Source: Stylophora pistillata (lineage: Eukaryota). Taken from it: 64,000 nt of DNA. Position numbers and translations under genes: made by a program. The DNA lies in NCBI RefSeq assembly GCF_002571385.2, contig NW_019217954.1, positions 129,698-193,697 of the forward strand, read 5' to 3'. A model generated the notes under the pieces. The model was not told the origin of the DNA, did not search any database, and saw only the letters and a list, made by a program, of their open reading frames with translations. This document shows positions 41,901 to 52,863 of the stretch, piece by piece. Each line of letters opens with the position of its first letter. Within the stretch, counting starts at the first letter, position 1.

Positions 41901-44900
41901 TTAATAAATGAATCCCTATACAGTGAAGATACTGACTTAATGCTGGGGAACACTGTGTAGGGATGATGGGGGGATGTAACTCATATATCTTATTAACCAA
42001 GCGCGAGGGCCGTACTGGGAGAATATCGGCCCGAGGTCTTGACAATACAGACCAAGCATGGCGAGGTCCGTATAAAAAAGACCGAGGGCCAATATTCTTC
42101 CAGTAGGGTCCCAAGCAAGCTTGGTTAATAAGAGATTTATTATACGACTGAAGTTCAAAGGGATACAAGTGCGGTATCATTCGGACCATTCGGGACAGTG
42201 CCCAGTCCAATACTGAGAGAATATTGACCGGCAATAGAGCATTTTGATTGGCTGATTTTAGTTATTGGCCCTCTGACTGCCCGAGTCGTGTAATAAATAG
42301 TAACATTACAATCTCAATGAATTCGAAGGAGATTTATGTGAATGGTCCCACAGCTTTACTCACCCTAACCTACATACATGTACACTGTATGCAGCAGCAT
42401 AAAGATTATATACAGTTGTAGTCATATCACACTAGAGAATCTTGAATTCAGGGTCAAAAGTGAGTCAGTATGGGCTTGCACATTATTTTATATTCCCATA
42501 CAGATAAGCTGTTCAATTTTCAATATAAAAATGGGTGATAAATTTAATATACATGTATATGGATGTTCAATGCTTGGAACTTTCCTGAGCAAAGAACAGA
42601 AAAAGTTTTGCTAAAAGAGAGATAAGTTAAGTACCTTTTGTCGCTCTTCAGTGTTCTAGTTCCTTTAGCCCAGGTGATCATTCTCTCTAATGAGCTGGGA
42701 TCAAGCCTGACCACTCCATCCACAGGCATGCAATCAACATACAGATTGTATCTGAGTAGAGCCTCTGTTTCACAGCGCAGGGCATATGCCTTGGATACTC
42801 TTTCAGCAAAGTTAATTGGATCCTCAGCAGCAAACAATAGCTGTATTCTTGGAACCCAAAACTGCGAACCTTCAACTTTGGAACGTTTCCCTTTTGGTTC
42901 CTCATTGTCATGTGCTTCACCATTCACTGTACCATTTTCCACCAATCCATTAGCTGTTGGGACAACATTGTGCTGGAGGCCTCCTGTACCAACAACTTGT
43001 ACTAAAAATAACTGTTTCACATCATTGTAATCTAGAGTACCAACATCTGTCCATGCATATTTGTTGCCATTTTTACTGCTTTCTCTCAACAACAGTGCTT
43101 TTCCTGGTACTGGATGTTGTTTACCATCAACTAAACCCAGTTCCAGCCACTCTTTTGGATTGCGGCAATCAAATTCTGTGTCATCAAATATATAAAGGGG
43201 TAGGAAGGCAGGAAATGGGGCAGCATCAGGTCCTGTGAGATTCACTCTCATGTTGTAGTCTCCTTTGGGCATAAGCTCAGATGTCTTAACTCCAAGCTCT
43301 TCCAGTAGTGTGTTTATATCTTGTTTGGAAAATACACGCTTTTGTCTGCGAAGGAATGTACAGTTATAAGTACCAGATCCATCTTAAGGATTTATATGTG
43401 TATGCATTTTATAGGTAAAAAAAGGAATTATTGTCTTCTATTCTTCAATTTATCAAAACAGGTAAAATTAAATCACAGCAGCTGGTAGTCTCCAGAAGAT
43501 AGAATATTTGCTATTTTCAAACACATGCTCCTGTTGCAGGTCTCTTAATTTGCACTGTCTAGTACTTCACCAATCCTTCAACCCACTTTCCCAGCCTACA
43601 CCTAGAAACTTGAAAGTAAATCAGCAAGAAAAAAGGAAACTAACCTTTCAATCTCAATTTTTCTAGGAACTTGACCTGGCTCTGCCTTGTATGGGAGTTG
43701 AACCTTAGGCTCCCAAGATTTTTCAGGAAAGTCCTGCAGAAAAAAAAATTAAATAATTATGCAGGTATCAAAACATAGAGGACATAAATCTCAGGGTAAG
43801 AATTAATCAGGGTACTCAGTATTGCTGTAACAGTAATACATGTATATCCAGCATCTGCAAGCATGAAGAAAGCAATTAATACTTACAGAAACTGTTATAG
43901 GTGCTGTAGTTGGCCCATGAACTTGATCCTTTAAGAGTGAGCTTAATGCTTGAGAAGACATAGGTCCCTTGAATGTTTGAACTGAAAAGTGATCATGGCA
44001 CTCATGTGTGTATTGAATGGATAATTTATCAATATACAGTGAAAAATTATCAGTAAGTTATCAATGAATTAAAAATAATGGCATCCCTGATGGATGAAAT
44101 CAGCCAGCTCCACATTTATTCAAAATTTTCAAGAGTGAACTCAATTAAGCCTCTAACACCCAAGATCTGATTGTTAATTCTCCCCTCTGTATGGGTATTA
44201 CACTGTAGATATTTCCTTGTAAATTAGTTCCTAGAATTTGGTGTTAGATCAGGATAATGACAACTTTTATGTGATAACTTTGAGTACTCTCATTACCTGT
44301 TTGCTGGATAATCTATACAAATTGTAGGGAGAAGTCTCATGTTAATCATCTCTGGATTACATCCTTGCAGGATTAACACGAACATGTTAAAAAAATATAC
44401 TGTTTTGCATGGCAGGTATTCAGCAAAAATAATAACATGTGCAAGAAAATGTAGATTTACATGAACATGTTAAAAAAATATACTGTTTTGCATGGCAGGT
44501 ATTCAGCAAAAATAATAATAACATGTACAAAAAAAATGTAGGGAGAGAGCTGTTTATCAAGTTCTCCCTCGCATGTGCATGTCTATGCCGATCAGAATGT
44601 CCTGTGCCCCCTTGGATTGAGCACTTTAGAAGTACACCAAACAATAACATAATTAAACAGCAAACATTCCTCTTTGACATACAATGTAAACTGTACATTC
44701 AATAACGCCCCCTACTTTCTTAGTAGATAAAACAATGAGATACAGTTACTGAATGTTTGATCGAAAGCAAGTTGTTACCCTCTGGCATATGCTTCACTTT
44801 GGCAGTTTTCCATAATGTACTTCTGGAGGCTGCTGGACCACCAGTAATACTCTGTGTGGAAATTAGAACTTTATCTTTAGAAATTATCTCGAACATCAGA

Positions 44901-45397
44901 GTATATACTTCATCTTAAAACATAATTTAGTCACATCTAATCTTAATAGGTTTTGTTTACAAACTGTATTATTTGAGCTCCAAGGCAAATTAGTTCCTTG
45001 TAAATTGCCATAATCTATCAGATAATAATTTTCCATGCGCGTGGAAAGAAAAATAATTGTAGCTAAGAAAAGATAGAGAGCACTATAAATTGGACACCAT
45101 TAAGCAAAACGTGTGTAATTAGGCTCAGCGGATCGATTTTCCTCCAGATGAAAAAACTTATTTCAAGTTTCGCTAATTCTTCTCACTTTGCATGTTGCAC
45201 GAACTGATTATGCACTTGGGTGTATGATCCTTCAAACTTACCCCAAGCTCTGTTTTTGATCCTCCTCCTAGAATATCAGAGTAATAACCTCTTTGTCGTA
45301 TCGTAGGATAAGTTAATCCTCCCGAAGAAGGCGACTTGGGAGTCCCAGACGAAGTTCGTCTGCCATTTCTTGAGCTTCCTTGCCTGTTGGCGCTCAT
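507..45397 (-). CDS. DNAH1: Dynein axonemal heavy chain 1 (inner-arm dynein), multi-exon, 3' end beyond window start
   Basis: Manually spliced; all phases compatible. Exons in gene order: 45242-45397, 44779-44851, 43887-43981, 43645-43733, 42635-43345, 41564-41721, 40611-40825, 40034-40201, 39538-39668, 38836-39180, 38131-38356, 37394-37596, 36774-37071, 35982-36293, 35100-35240, 34535-34912, 33928-33996, 33658-33816, 33186-33365, 32797-32934, 32446-32526, 32163-32245, 31525-31726, 31042-31139, 30649-30754, 30284-30397, 29729-29878, 29336-29422, 29111-29217, 28724-28895, 28183-28337, 27818-27995, 27335-27529, 26979-27098, 26631-26786, 26126-26239, 25607-25747, 24743-24903, 24138-24295, 23554-23727, 22009-22094, 21336-21668, 20414-20610, 19867-20002, 18911-19119, 17936-18104, 17488-17582, [gap], 16239-16351 (partial), 14171-14296, 13985-14035, 13789-13887, 13293-13385, 12797-12877, 12371-12457, 11627-11818, 11021-11152, 5241-5486, 4597-4746, 2916-3076, 1941-2166, 1297-1407, 981-1065, 705-856, 507-623. 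P-loops: AAA1 [11 protein letters not shown]2 [11 protein letters not shown]3 [11 protein letters not shown]4 GVGGSGRQ. Also CFDEFNR, stalk coiled coil and MTBD. N-terminal motifs ([30 protein letters not shown]) match DNAH1 as I recall the vertebrate protein. Confidence 0.96.
3202..3680 (+). mobile_element. MITE with TACCGTAAATCCTC TIRs (Tc1/mariner-type TA ends)
   Basis: TIR 3202-3215 versus GAGGATTTATGGTA ending at 3680; internal AAGCCCCCCC subterminal repeats. Confidence 0.75.
3779..4361. mobile_element. Hairpin plus internal-complement non-autonomous element (possibly Crypton-derived)
   Basis: 140-bp palindrome 3783-3922, junction TAATAA-GTTAT-TTATTA, TTTATTATCCAA (3926) paired with TTGGATAATAAA (4350-4361); second copy at 18119-18401. 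Confidence 0.7.
4362..4540. mobile_element. Penelope-derived inverted insert with a hammerhead motif
   Basis: Left arm is the reverse complement of the PLE 3' end and the right arm is forward; AAATAATTTGGATATATCAACAAAGTT / AACTTTGTTGATAAATCCAAATTATTT are inverted. Confidence 0.75.
4444..4477 (+). ncRNA. Minimal hammerhead motif, U4C core variant
   Basis: CCT CCGACGA AGGGC TAAC GCTC GAAA CGTC AGC; core identical to the 59644 copy. Confidence 0.55.
5607..5827. repeat. Degenerate (GAYAAT)n microsatellite
   Basis: gataat/gacaat runs; explains the spurious Asp/Asn and Ser/Leu ORFs. Confidence 0.9.
7865..8836 (-). CDS. Intronless class A (rhodopsin-like) GPCR, 323 aa, nested in DNAH1 intron 5487-11020
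   Basis: Seven hydrophobic segments; GN in TM1, NLAISD in TM2, DRF, CYTP in TM6, NPFIY in TM7; TTTTCAG acceptor-like site 2 nt upstream of the ATG. Confidence 0.93.
   Translation of the reverse strand: MTFGGNSCDGVPAPDTLPFITAALSLGLALLTIPGNFLVCLAVLTDPYKRLRTPFTFFVINLAISDLIVGMVVEPLSIYMHFREGFSLKLNNVWSIHMSYFISCTASVLNLAALTVDRFTAISHPLQYRARLTTTRASVIAATIWLVSFTLPFIYFEVGYLPYTFVFANTAIALTLVIFLATYAGSLRKMRAQVMEWNMLRNSSQTEENRAKIRAAAFERNITQAFVVMLGLFLCCYTPSLVMIYVMNLCSSCSCYTIHVCRDMQFVFVLCSSGLNPFIYAWRLPNFRKAFVRILRWRKENEEVLPANTVSMGNTATPAEGFA
14660..14747. repeat. (AAT)n microsatellite, left half; right half at 16129-16192
   Basis: Seen directly; split by the RLE retroelement. Confidence 0.95.
14748..16128 (+). 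mobile_element. 5'-truncated, decayed RLE-type non-LTR retrotransposon (R4/Dong/NeSL-like) inserted in a (TAA)n microsatellite
   Basis: CCHC knuckle [39 protein letters not shown]; in-frame stops near 14828 and at 15323; stop at 15726, then about 400 bp 3' UTR; (AAT)n on both sides. Confidence 0.85.
15432..15569 (+). mobile_element. Short Penelope-LTR-derived insertion inside the RLE element, 14-bp TSD
   Basis: CATTATTATAGACG duplicated at 15418-15431 and 15570-15583; the insert matches 59690-59796 and 4490-4540. Confidence 0.85.
16353..17512. repeat. Perfect tandem array, 20 x 58 bp, derived from a DNAH1 exon 3' end, splice donor and intron start
   Basis: Unit gggtcaacatataccacaatctctactcgttacctggtgggagtaacatagttgtggc recurs every 58 nt with no visible variants; bounded on the left by an 'n' at 16352. 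Confidence 0.97.
18119..18401. mobile_element. Internally deleted copy of the 3779-4361 element
   Basis: 18119-18315 is near-identical to 3779-3975. Confidence 0.75.
19474..19747. mobile_element. MITE with about 25-bp imperfect TIRs
   Basis: TAGAGTGCTTTTCATTTGAGTGTCG / TGACACTCAATTCAAAATTGTTCTA; related fragment near 21735-21950. Confidence 0.6.
20948..20988. repeat. (AC)n microsatellite flanked by (ACTG)n
   Basis: Seen directly. Confidence 0.95.
22888..23296 (-). mobile_element. tRNA-derived SINE with (ACCTTT)n tail
   Basis: Minus-strand head GCCGCCTGGTTAGCTCAATTGGGAGAGCG (A box) ... GAGTTCAATACC (B box); central core ending GTCTTCTCGGATA..GAC; L2-type (ACCTTT)n tail at 22888-22912; contains an 'n' at 23131. 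Confidence 0.8.
24946..25191. mobile_element. TTAA-ended (piggyBac-like) MITE; related copies at about 44145-44376 and 49559-49765
   Basis: TTAAACCTTT...AAAAGGTTAA ends; shared internal ATTTGGTGTT.GAT / AATTCTCCCCT motifs. Confidence 0.55.
41984..42297. mobile_element. Hairpin plus internal-complement element, second family
   Basis: CTTATTAACCAAGC...GCTTGGTTAATAAG hairpin; junction TAATAA-GAGAT-TTATTA at 42126-42142; TTTATTATACGACT / AGTCGTGTAATAAA. Confidence 0.7.
44380..44527. repeat. Short tandem duplication, period about 83 bp
   Basis: GAACATGTTAAAAAAATATACTGTTTTGCATGGCAGGTATTCAGCAAAAATAATAA occurs twice. Confidence 0.85.
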
Positions 45398-45674
45398 TAC
45401 CAGTCAGTTTGATCAATAACCCTCACTTTGTTTTCTAATATCTTCCAAGAGGAAGAAAGTGCTCCAAAATAGAAAAAAGTTGCAGATTTTGACAACTCTA
45501 ATAACACTTCAACGTAAAATAGGCCGCCATATTGTTTCTCTAATGCCCTTGGCACAGGTTCCTATGACAACACATGTTGGCGGGAAGGTTCAGCGACTTC
45601 GGATAACCTCGGTCTTTTTTTCCGAACTTTCCCGATGACACCGATACGAGAACCCGGATTAAGAAGTTTTCAAG
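45398..45674. promoter_or_regulatory. Bidirectional promoter / 5' UTR region shared by DNAH1 and NDUFB8
   Basis: ATGs 277 bp apart and divergent; X-box GTTCCTATGACAAC 45558-45571; E2F-like TTGGCGGGAA 45577-45586; YY1-like GCCGCCATATTG 45523-45534 and CAAGATGGCGGC 45671-45682. Confidence 0.75.
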
Positions 45675-48600
45675 ATGGCGGCTAGAGGGGGTTTGCGTCT
45701 CGGTCAAGCTCTTCTTCGCCGTGCGGCATTTAGACCACAGACTTTGATTGGCATAAGAAAAGGTAATTTTGGGACAATTTTGAAATTACTCATCTGAGCT
45801 TCTCTATGGTTTATGCCGGAATTTCTTGAATTTTCACTTAGATTAGACACATTTGTTCATCTACAAAATATCGCAGCCGGGCCAATTCCAAAAGAATATG
45901 AATTTAAGCTTAAAAAATGTAGTGTGCGTCGGATAATCAGGAGTTAATCACAAATTTATTGTTTCTGTTTTCGAATAACTTCAGGGTTCATAAATTGATA
46001 TCTACCTGGAAAGTTTCTACTTCGCTTATATTGTTTTGCCGGAGCAACTTTTACATTTATTTGAAGCAGGTTCACTGATGTTTCTGATTGGATCCTCAGC
46101 AAAGAGATAAGTTGAGATAAGATTAAAGAGTTTAGTTGAACCTCGTTTATCCGGACTTGTTGGGACTTGATGAAATAGTCCGAATAATCGAGCGTCCGGA
46201 CCATCGGGAATATGAATATTAATGAGGAACAAAAACCATTGAAATTAGGAAAGCGAACAAAACATTCACAAATCGTTCAAATCTTCACTGTTCGTTGTGA
46301 ATACCTCTACACGTGTGTATTAACAATTTAAATTAATGAAAAACGTTTTTAAATTGGCCTAAAATGTTGATGTTAGTCAGTTTGTCTTAAAGAAGAACTT
46401 CTTATGCGCATTGCGAGTTCCATCATTCCAACAGGCATACCGGACTTTATTGAGCTGTTCATTATGTGCATCTTCCACCGATTTATGCTTCAGTTCTTGG
46501 CTGGTCTCTGAGTTGTTGGCAAACTTCATGATTTTTCCTTGTTTTTGTGGATATCTGATATCTGTTACTTACTAACATCATATTCAGCTGACAAATTGGT
46601 TCCTTTTTCTCCATTTTCTTATTGCAAACTGTGTATCTTTTATTGAAAGAAGGGATCACTTGCACTTCAAGGACATGATGATGGTGAATAAATGATTGTG
46701 ATGCTGTGCAGCTTGTTTATCTTGCATACCATGTCCAACAAGCCAATAGTGCATGAAATCTCCCTTTGCAATGTTTTTCATTAGTTATGACGTATGCAAG
46801 CCCTGCTTTTGCTTTTTGAAAGTGGAACAAACTGGTTTTTACTTTACTTTTTGATGTTGTAGTTTAAAAAAGAGTATATCAATAAATCTTGATCATAACT
46901 TATAAATATTCATGAATGACAAATTGGGACCAGAGAAAGAGTTTGGATGATTAAGAAATATAGATAATTGAGGTTCGACTGTAGTTTGCATGAGAAGAAT
47001 TTCTGAACTATGATGAAACTTTACTATTACAGTCTAAGTTTTAAAGCAAACTTACTCTAAAAGAGCCCTGCATTCTATCTAAATAAGTCATAGATTTGCA
47101 GTTTGCCATTTCTTTTAAAATGGAATAATTTTGATAGTTTAAAACTTAGTTTTAAACAACAGATGTCATCCTGCAGCTCTTAGAAGTAAATAAACTGTCA
47201 AATTTGTGAGATTTACAGCAAACCATTTTTACTGATTTTTTAATGTAAATATTGGTTTTTTAGATGATACCTGCACTTCCATCAATGTTATTTTAAACAA
47301 CAGACAGAAGCAAACTTACTCTAAATGAGCCCTGCATTCTATATATACAAGTCATACAGATTTGCAGTTTGCCATTTCTCTTAAAATGAATCAATTTTGA
47401 CATATCACATCTTAGCTTTAAACAACAGACGTCATCCTGCAGCTCTTAGAAGTAAACTATCAAATTTGTGAGATTTACAGCAAACCATTTTTACTGATTT
47501 TTTAATGTAAATATTGGTTTTTTAGATGATACCTGTTATTCCATCAAAGTTATTTTACTTTGTCAAATAGTTTTAAAAGTGCTAGCCATTCCCTTCTCAC
47601 TCTTGTGTCAAGCTGATAGTTGACAAGATACACCTATAATTGCCTCAAGCCCTGAAAAAGCTTGAGAATTTGATTAGTTTGTCATCATTTTCTGTGAAAA
47701 GAGAGCAGTTTCCTTCCTATTGATCAATTTATTTACTTATTTACTTTCCATTGCATTTTGTGCAGCCAGTGATGATCACATAAAGTATCCTATTCCAACT
47801 CCGGAGGATGATTGGAAGAATTTCAATCGTCCATGGCCAGATGATGGTTATGCCCTGGGGGACTATCCCAACCTTCCAGAGATTTGCAATCAGAGAAGAC
47901 AACATTTAGGATGGTGGGATGTTCAAGAACGTAGAAACTACAATGAGCCTGTTAGTGTCTTGATCCTAGCATAGAGGATACCATTGTTGTGCATGATACT
48001 TGTTGGTAGTGCTTTATGATTCTTGTTAGAACCTAAAATGTATTCTTCGATGATGGACACAAGTAACTACACAATAAATTTTTTACCTGTATGCTCCTTG
48101 TTATATTTCATTGTTTCCATTTTTTGTTCTAAATTGTTAATCTCCCTTCACAAGGGTGAGAGGAATTTGAATAGCAACTGTACAGATAGAGTACTACAAA
48201 TAAAAATATAAAAATAAGAAAAAGAATTTTTAGAATGTACAGTGTACACCTTGGGTCATGTATCTAACAGTTACTTGTTATGGATTTTAGAACTGGTTTT
48301 ACCCCTAAATTGAGAGGACCATTCAAGCAATCAAGTGTTTCTCTTATTTTCTATAGATACATTTGGACGAAGATGCACTTAACGTTTGGGTGTGGAGTGA
48401 GGTGACATGTAATGACAGATACACACCGTAAGTATAGTCTCAGCTAATTTTCTCAGTGCTCATAGCTGTGAATTGACTTCCCAAACCATCAAGGGTTTTT
48501 TTTTTTTTTTTTTTTTTTTGGGGGGGGGGGTTGAAGGGATGCTATTTGGTGCCTCATTCCATTCACATGAAGGATGTATAAAAAAATTTTGTTACCTGGG

Positions 48601-49364
48601 AGCCTCAGTCATTTGTTTACATTGACTTAAAAAAAAAAAAACATTAAATTTTGTGTTTGTTGTAAAATCTTCAGGGGTGAAATACTGATGCAACTGGGTA
48701 TTGCCACTGCCACTCTTTGCTTTGTTGGATACCTCTCTTACCTTTATGATCAAACAGACAGAAACCCTGCGGTAAGAGGCTAATGGATTTGTGTGATTTT
48801 GATGTTTTAATAGTTTTTTCCTAAAGAATGTACCTGGTGTCCAGAAGATTACATATTTGAAAATAGTCAAAATCAAAAAGTACTTGTCTAAATTCAGCTC
48901 CCAGTGTAGGGTAGAGAAGAGGTATACTCCAGAAAAACAAGTACCATGATTTTATTTTTATCTCCACAATTAAAAAAAATGTACATAACTATGAGACTGA
49001 CTGAAACATATTAGTTTATCATAAAGGAGTTTGTTGAACAAACTCTTAAAAGGATGATTTACTATTTATGTTTTCCCTTACAAAATGTCAAATTCAATAA
49101 TTTTATTGTCAGATATTTTTAATATCTTAAAGCATTTGGACAGTTTGTCTGCAGTGCTGTACTTTTATGGATTAAGATGAAATTATTAACCCCAACTTAT
49201 AATTCTGTTTGATAATTTTGGAACATTTTATATATCAGGTTCCAAAGGAATACCCTTTTAACAATCTGTACCTTGAGCGAGGAGGGGACCCCAATAAAGA
49301 CCCAAGTGAGGAAGTCTTCCATCCAGACCAGAGAGTCATCCCACGTAATCTGTATGGATCCTGA
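45675..49364 (+). CDS. NDUFB8: NADH:ubiquinone oxidoreductase subunit B8 (complex I, ASHI), 5 exons, 188 aa
   Basis: Exons 45675-45762, 47766-47950, 48357-48427, 48675-48771, 49239-49364, all GT-AG and in frame (567 nt). Arg-rich mitochondrial presequence [20 protein letters not shown]; motifs [24 protein letters not shown], one TM helix, [17 protein letters not shown]. Confidence 0.93.
46133..46983. mobile_element. Decayed TIR element (pogo/Tigger-like ends) in NDUFB8 intron 1
   Basis: AGTTGAACCTCGTTTATC versus GATAATTGAGGTTCGACTGTA. Confidence 0.5.
47045..47534. repeat. Local tandem duplication, period about 264 bp
   Basis: AGCAAACTTACTCTAAA..GATGATACCTG at 47045-47273 and 47309-47534. 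Confidence 0.85.
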
Positions 49365-49973
49365 TGCATTTTTCATGGGTCACCAAACAGTTCTGATTGC
49401 AAATCCATCAAAATAGAATTCATGTTAAGCTCTGAGATTTTTTTCCTAACTGTATTTTGTGTACAAGTGTGTGAAGAATGTATCTTTAGTGCAGATGTAT
49501 ATAACATTAAATTTTAATACGGTGTATAAACAGTGTTCATTATGTTTTTTTTTTTTTTTTGAACCCTCTTACTCCTAAGGTCTGGGCAGTAATTCTCCTT
49601 ACTGTCTGCCATACAACTCTTCTCTTGTTAGTTGGGGAATTTGGTATTGGATCAACTACTAAACCCCTAATTAATATTTTTCTTTATTCTGATCACTTGC
49701 CTGCTTGATGTTGTAGTCATGTTAAGAAATTCTGTCTCCGTCTTTCAAGTGAGTTTAAGGATTAAAGAGATTGAAGGATTATGGCTAATGATGCATGGAC
49801 AACTCTTTCACCTTGATAGAAAATGAAATTGAGTATTTCTGTCAAGGTATGATCTTTTGCAGATTCCAATCAATGTTTGGAAAGAAAAAAAAATGAAAAG
49901 CAAAACAAAAAAGCCGGATTGTAACAACCCAGAATATCCTAAATTTAAAGAAAATGCGTATGAATAAGACCAG

Positions 49974-50897
49974 CTAACCCAAATTAAGCTCTCGAGTAGC
50001 AGAACGTATTTGAAAAAAGAGCTTCACTTCTTTCCTGATGTCTTGCTTCATATTACTGTATATGAATGGGTTAAATGCCGAGTTGCATATGAATAGTAAC
50101 CTCTGTGTATGCACTAAATCTGTTGGAATATCACTTATACAATGAAATGTAAAGCAGAAAAGTCTGGCGATGTCAATAGCGTAACATATGAAAAAGATGG
50201 CTACTATGATACCGAAAGCTTTGGAAAATGTGGTTGCTCTACCTTGTGATCCACTGTTCTTCATATCATCGAAAGCAAAGCCATTGAAGAGTAACTGAGA
50301 GAGAAGAATTCTCTGACGCTTGTTTTGTCTGTGTGTTATATATAATGTCCTTGAACAAGCTGTAATTAATAGGAGACATGAAGGAAGTTTATATACGAAG
50401 AGCCAGATGGCATGACAAATTTTCAAGACAATGTGCGAGTTCAAATAGCACACTACTGTAAATGGCACAAAATGAAAAGCAAGTGGTATGATCCACGCCG
50501 CCGATATTAAGGACAAGTGCCGTCCCTTAGCCTTGAAAGCAGTATACTTCAGGGGAGTAGCAATCGCCATGTACCGATCAATTGTTAGTGCACAGAGGTT
50601 AGTCATAGATAGATCGAGGAATAACCATCGTATCGCTTCCGCTACGCACTTGTTGCTAGGATCATATCTACCGGCCAGGAAGGAGAAGCATAAAAATCCT
50701 ACACTAAAATCCGCAGCAGCGAGCGAAAATAAGAACCAGTTGATTGTGCTATGGAGACGCTTCCTTGAAATAATGAGATACATTACCAAGCCGTTTCCAA
50801 GGACTGTTAATAGGGAGAAAATCCCTCCAACAACCCAAAACCAAACGGGAATTGCAAGATCCATCCTGTTCATGCGAATTCGAAATAATCTTATCAT
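49974..50897 (-). CDS. Intronless class A GPCR (aminergic/adenosine-like orphan), about 300 aa
   Basis: GN TM1, SLAAAD TM2, DRY, W4.50, NPFIY; alternative in-frame ATGs at 50873 and 50864. Confidence 0.9.
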   Translation of the reverse strand: MIRLFRIRMNRMDLAIPVWFWVVGGIFSLLTVLGNGLVMYLIISRKRLHSTINWFLFSLAAADFSVGFLCFSFLAGRYDPSNKCVAEAIRWLFLDLSMTNLCALTIDRYMAIATPLKYTAFKAKGRHLSLISAAWIIPLAFHFVPFTVVCYLNSHIVLKICHAIWLFVYKLPSCLLLITACSRTLYITHRQNKRQRILLSQLLFNGFAFDDMKNSGSQGRATTFSKAFGIIVAIFFICYAIDIARLFCFTFHCISDIPTDLVHTQRLLFICNSAFNPFIYSNMKQDIRKEVKLFFQIRSATRELNLG

Positions 50898-51559
50898 TCT
50901 GATGGTGAATCACAGCTATTTTATAGAAACAGTCTACTCTGCGCGTGCGAAAAGGAGTCGAAAATTGGTTGACTTTCTTTTAATAGATTGCTACTCAAAG
51001 GTAAATATTGAATCACGCGCGCTCTGATTGGTCAAATGAAGGGCTCCGTCATTTTCATTAATATCACCCTCACGCCAGGGATTTCAAAACATTCGTGCGC
51101 GAAATGTTGAAAGAATGAAAATGAAAGAAAATGTCGTTGCTCAGACTGGCGCCTGAGTAATTATATAAGATATATGTTTTCTGCCCCGTACTGTAAATGT
51201 TTGATAGAAAAATGCCGGCTTGTCGGCAAAGTAAAAATCTCGTCGGACGAACTAGACTACGAGGGTGGATTTTTCGACAATGTTTACTGGCTGTTTTGGA
51301 AATGGATGAATATTCTATTTTGATTACGGGTCACATTTGGTGTAGTTTGAATTTCAGTTTTGAATTTCAGTCTGTAATCCTTTTCGTTATGATTATAGTG
51401 CAAATAAGGGCATCATTCAGGATACTGATGAAATGACGAAGCCTAATGTGATGTTTCATCGTCAAGGCCAACTGTCTCTCACCTTTCCTTACTGAAGGTG
51501 GTACCTGTTTTCTCCCTTGGCCTAAGAACGCGGTTTTCAAAGTTGCATATTTGGTTCAC

Positions 51560-51729
51560 CGTGGTCAAATTAAGCGTGATTTGTCTCTTCGGCTGCTCGG
51601 AGGTGAGTAGTGCTTGCCAGTCTCTTCTGAACCAGCCAATCAGCGCACGCGAAAAGTACTTTTTACTTGTGTGGTATATACTGATGATGGTATTTATAGA
51701 GCTGGCAGAGCCAGTGGGCAACATGATGT

Positions 51730-51770
<41 letters not shown>

Positions 51771-52717
51771 TCCCATCTTGCCCGCTCGGTATTTTCCGCT
51801 TTGGTCCCGCGCAAGAAGAAGACTTGCAAGGTTCGTAACTTTTGAACAAAGTCAGCGATGAAGTCGCAAAAAGCGGCAGAAGATAGTCAAAACAAAGAAA
51901 ACATAAACGAACCTCGTGGGTTTATTGTGCTAGTCATTCTTGATTCTTATCCAAGCGAAATATTTTTACTATAAAATAAATCCTTTATTGACCAAGCTTG
52001 GTCGGTCAAAATGGCTTGATATTTAACCTCGTTCCTTTTTTTGCCTTTTCATGGACCTCGACTTCGTCTCAGTCCATCAAAATGCGGGAAAAAAAACGCG
52101 GAAAAAAAAAACTCGGCAACTATCTAGCCATCTTGACCTCCGGCTTGGTCAGTAACGCATATATGTTTACCGAGCCTCGAAGCCAAGAGGGGAACATCTA
52201 TCATCTTCACCGATACTGAGATAAATAATTGTTTTATTATATTCCACACCGAAACCAAAAAAATGATTTATTTTTGTCAATTTTTAATGGTAATTCAACT
52301 AAGTCGAGTGCAATTTGGGCTGAAATCATACGCGGGATTTTAAAATCGAAGGAGCGGCTAGCGCGAGTTCGATTTGAAACCACAAGTATAGTTTCGGACC
52401 AAAATTGCACGACACGAGGTTCAATTACCACTTTATTACATCCATTTTGAAATCGCCCAAATACAGGACTTGGTCAATTCAAATATTTTACTGATGCAGT
52501 ACTGAGCCGGTTTTTAAATAAAAAGCGGAACCGGAAACGCTTTTACATCTTATTTTGTATGCAAAACAGAAAGACTGACGTCATGTGTCAAAAACTCAGT
52601 CAAGCGTAAAATGATACGATTAAGAGCAAAAAATGGTGCGATTCGTCACTACATCGCACCAATTAGAGCCAATCAGATTACAGGGACCACCAATAATTTC
52701 AAAATGGATGCAATAAA
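51560..52717. mobile_element. Cluster of adjacent hairpin/internal-complement elements between the GPCR paralogs
   Basis: Junction-like motifs at 51974-51990, 52223-52239 and 52422-52438; TTTATTACATCCATTTTGAAAT (52432) / ATTTCAAAATGGATGCAATAAA (52696-52717). Confidence 0.6.
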
Positions 52718-52863
52718 CCAAAAAAAAAGTCAGTAATCAAACTCTCTACGCGCGATTTTGTCTCTACGGCTGCTCAAAGGTGGACAGTACTTGCCAATCA
52801 CAACTGACTAGCTGAATCAGCGGGCGCTAAAAGTAATATTGACCTGTGTAGTTTACATGTATA

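Noticed and set aside
41839-42234. 131-aa ORF
   Set aside because: Lies in a palindromic non-autonomous repeat; no recognisable domain
663-45397. Treating the many short dynein-like ORFs as separate genes or as a pseudogene
   Set aside because: They splice into one continuous phase-consistent frame with no internal stops; the only break is at the assembly 'n'
48496-48530. Poly(T)-poly(G) tract as a G-quadruplex or regulatory element
   Set aside because: Single homopolymer run in an intron, prone to sequencing error
50488-51027. 179-aa plus-strand ORF (also 8544-8939, 53282-53557, 42638-43030)
   Set aside because: Antisense shadows of GPCR or dynein coding sequence with no independent motifs
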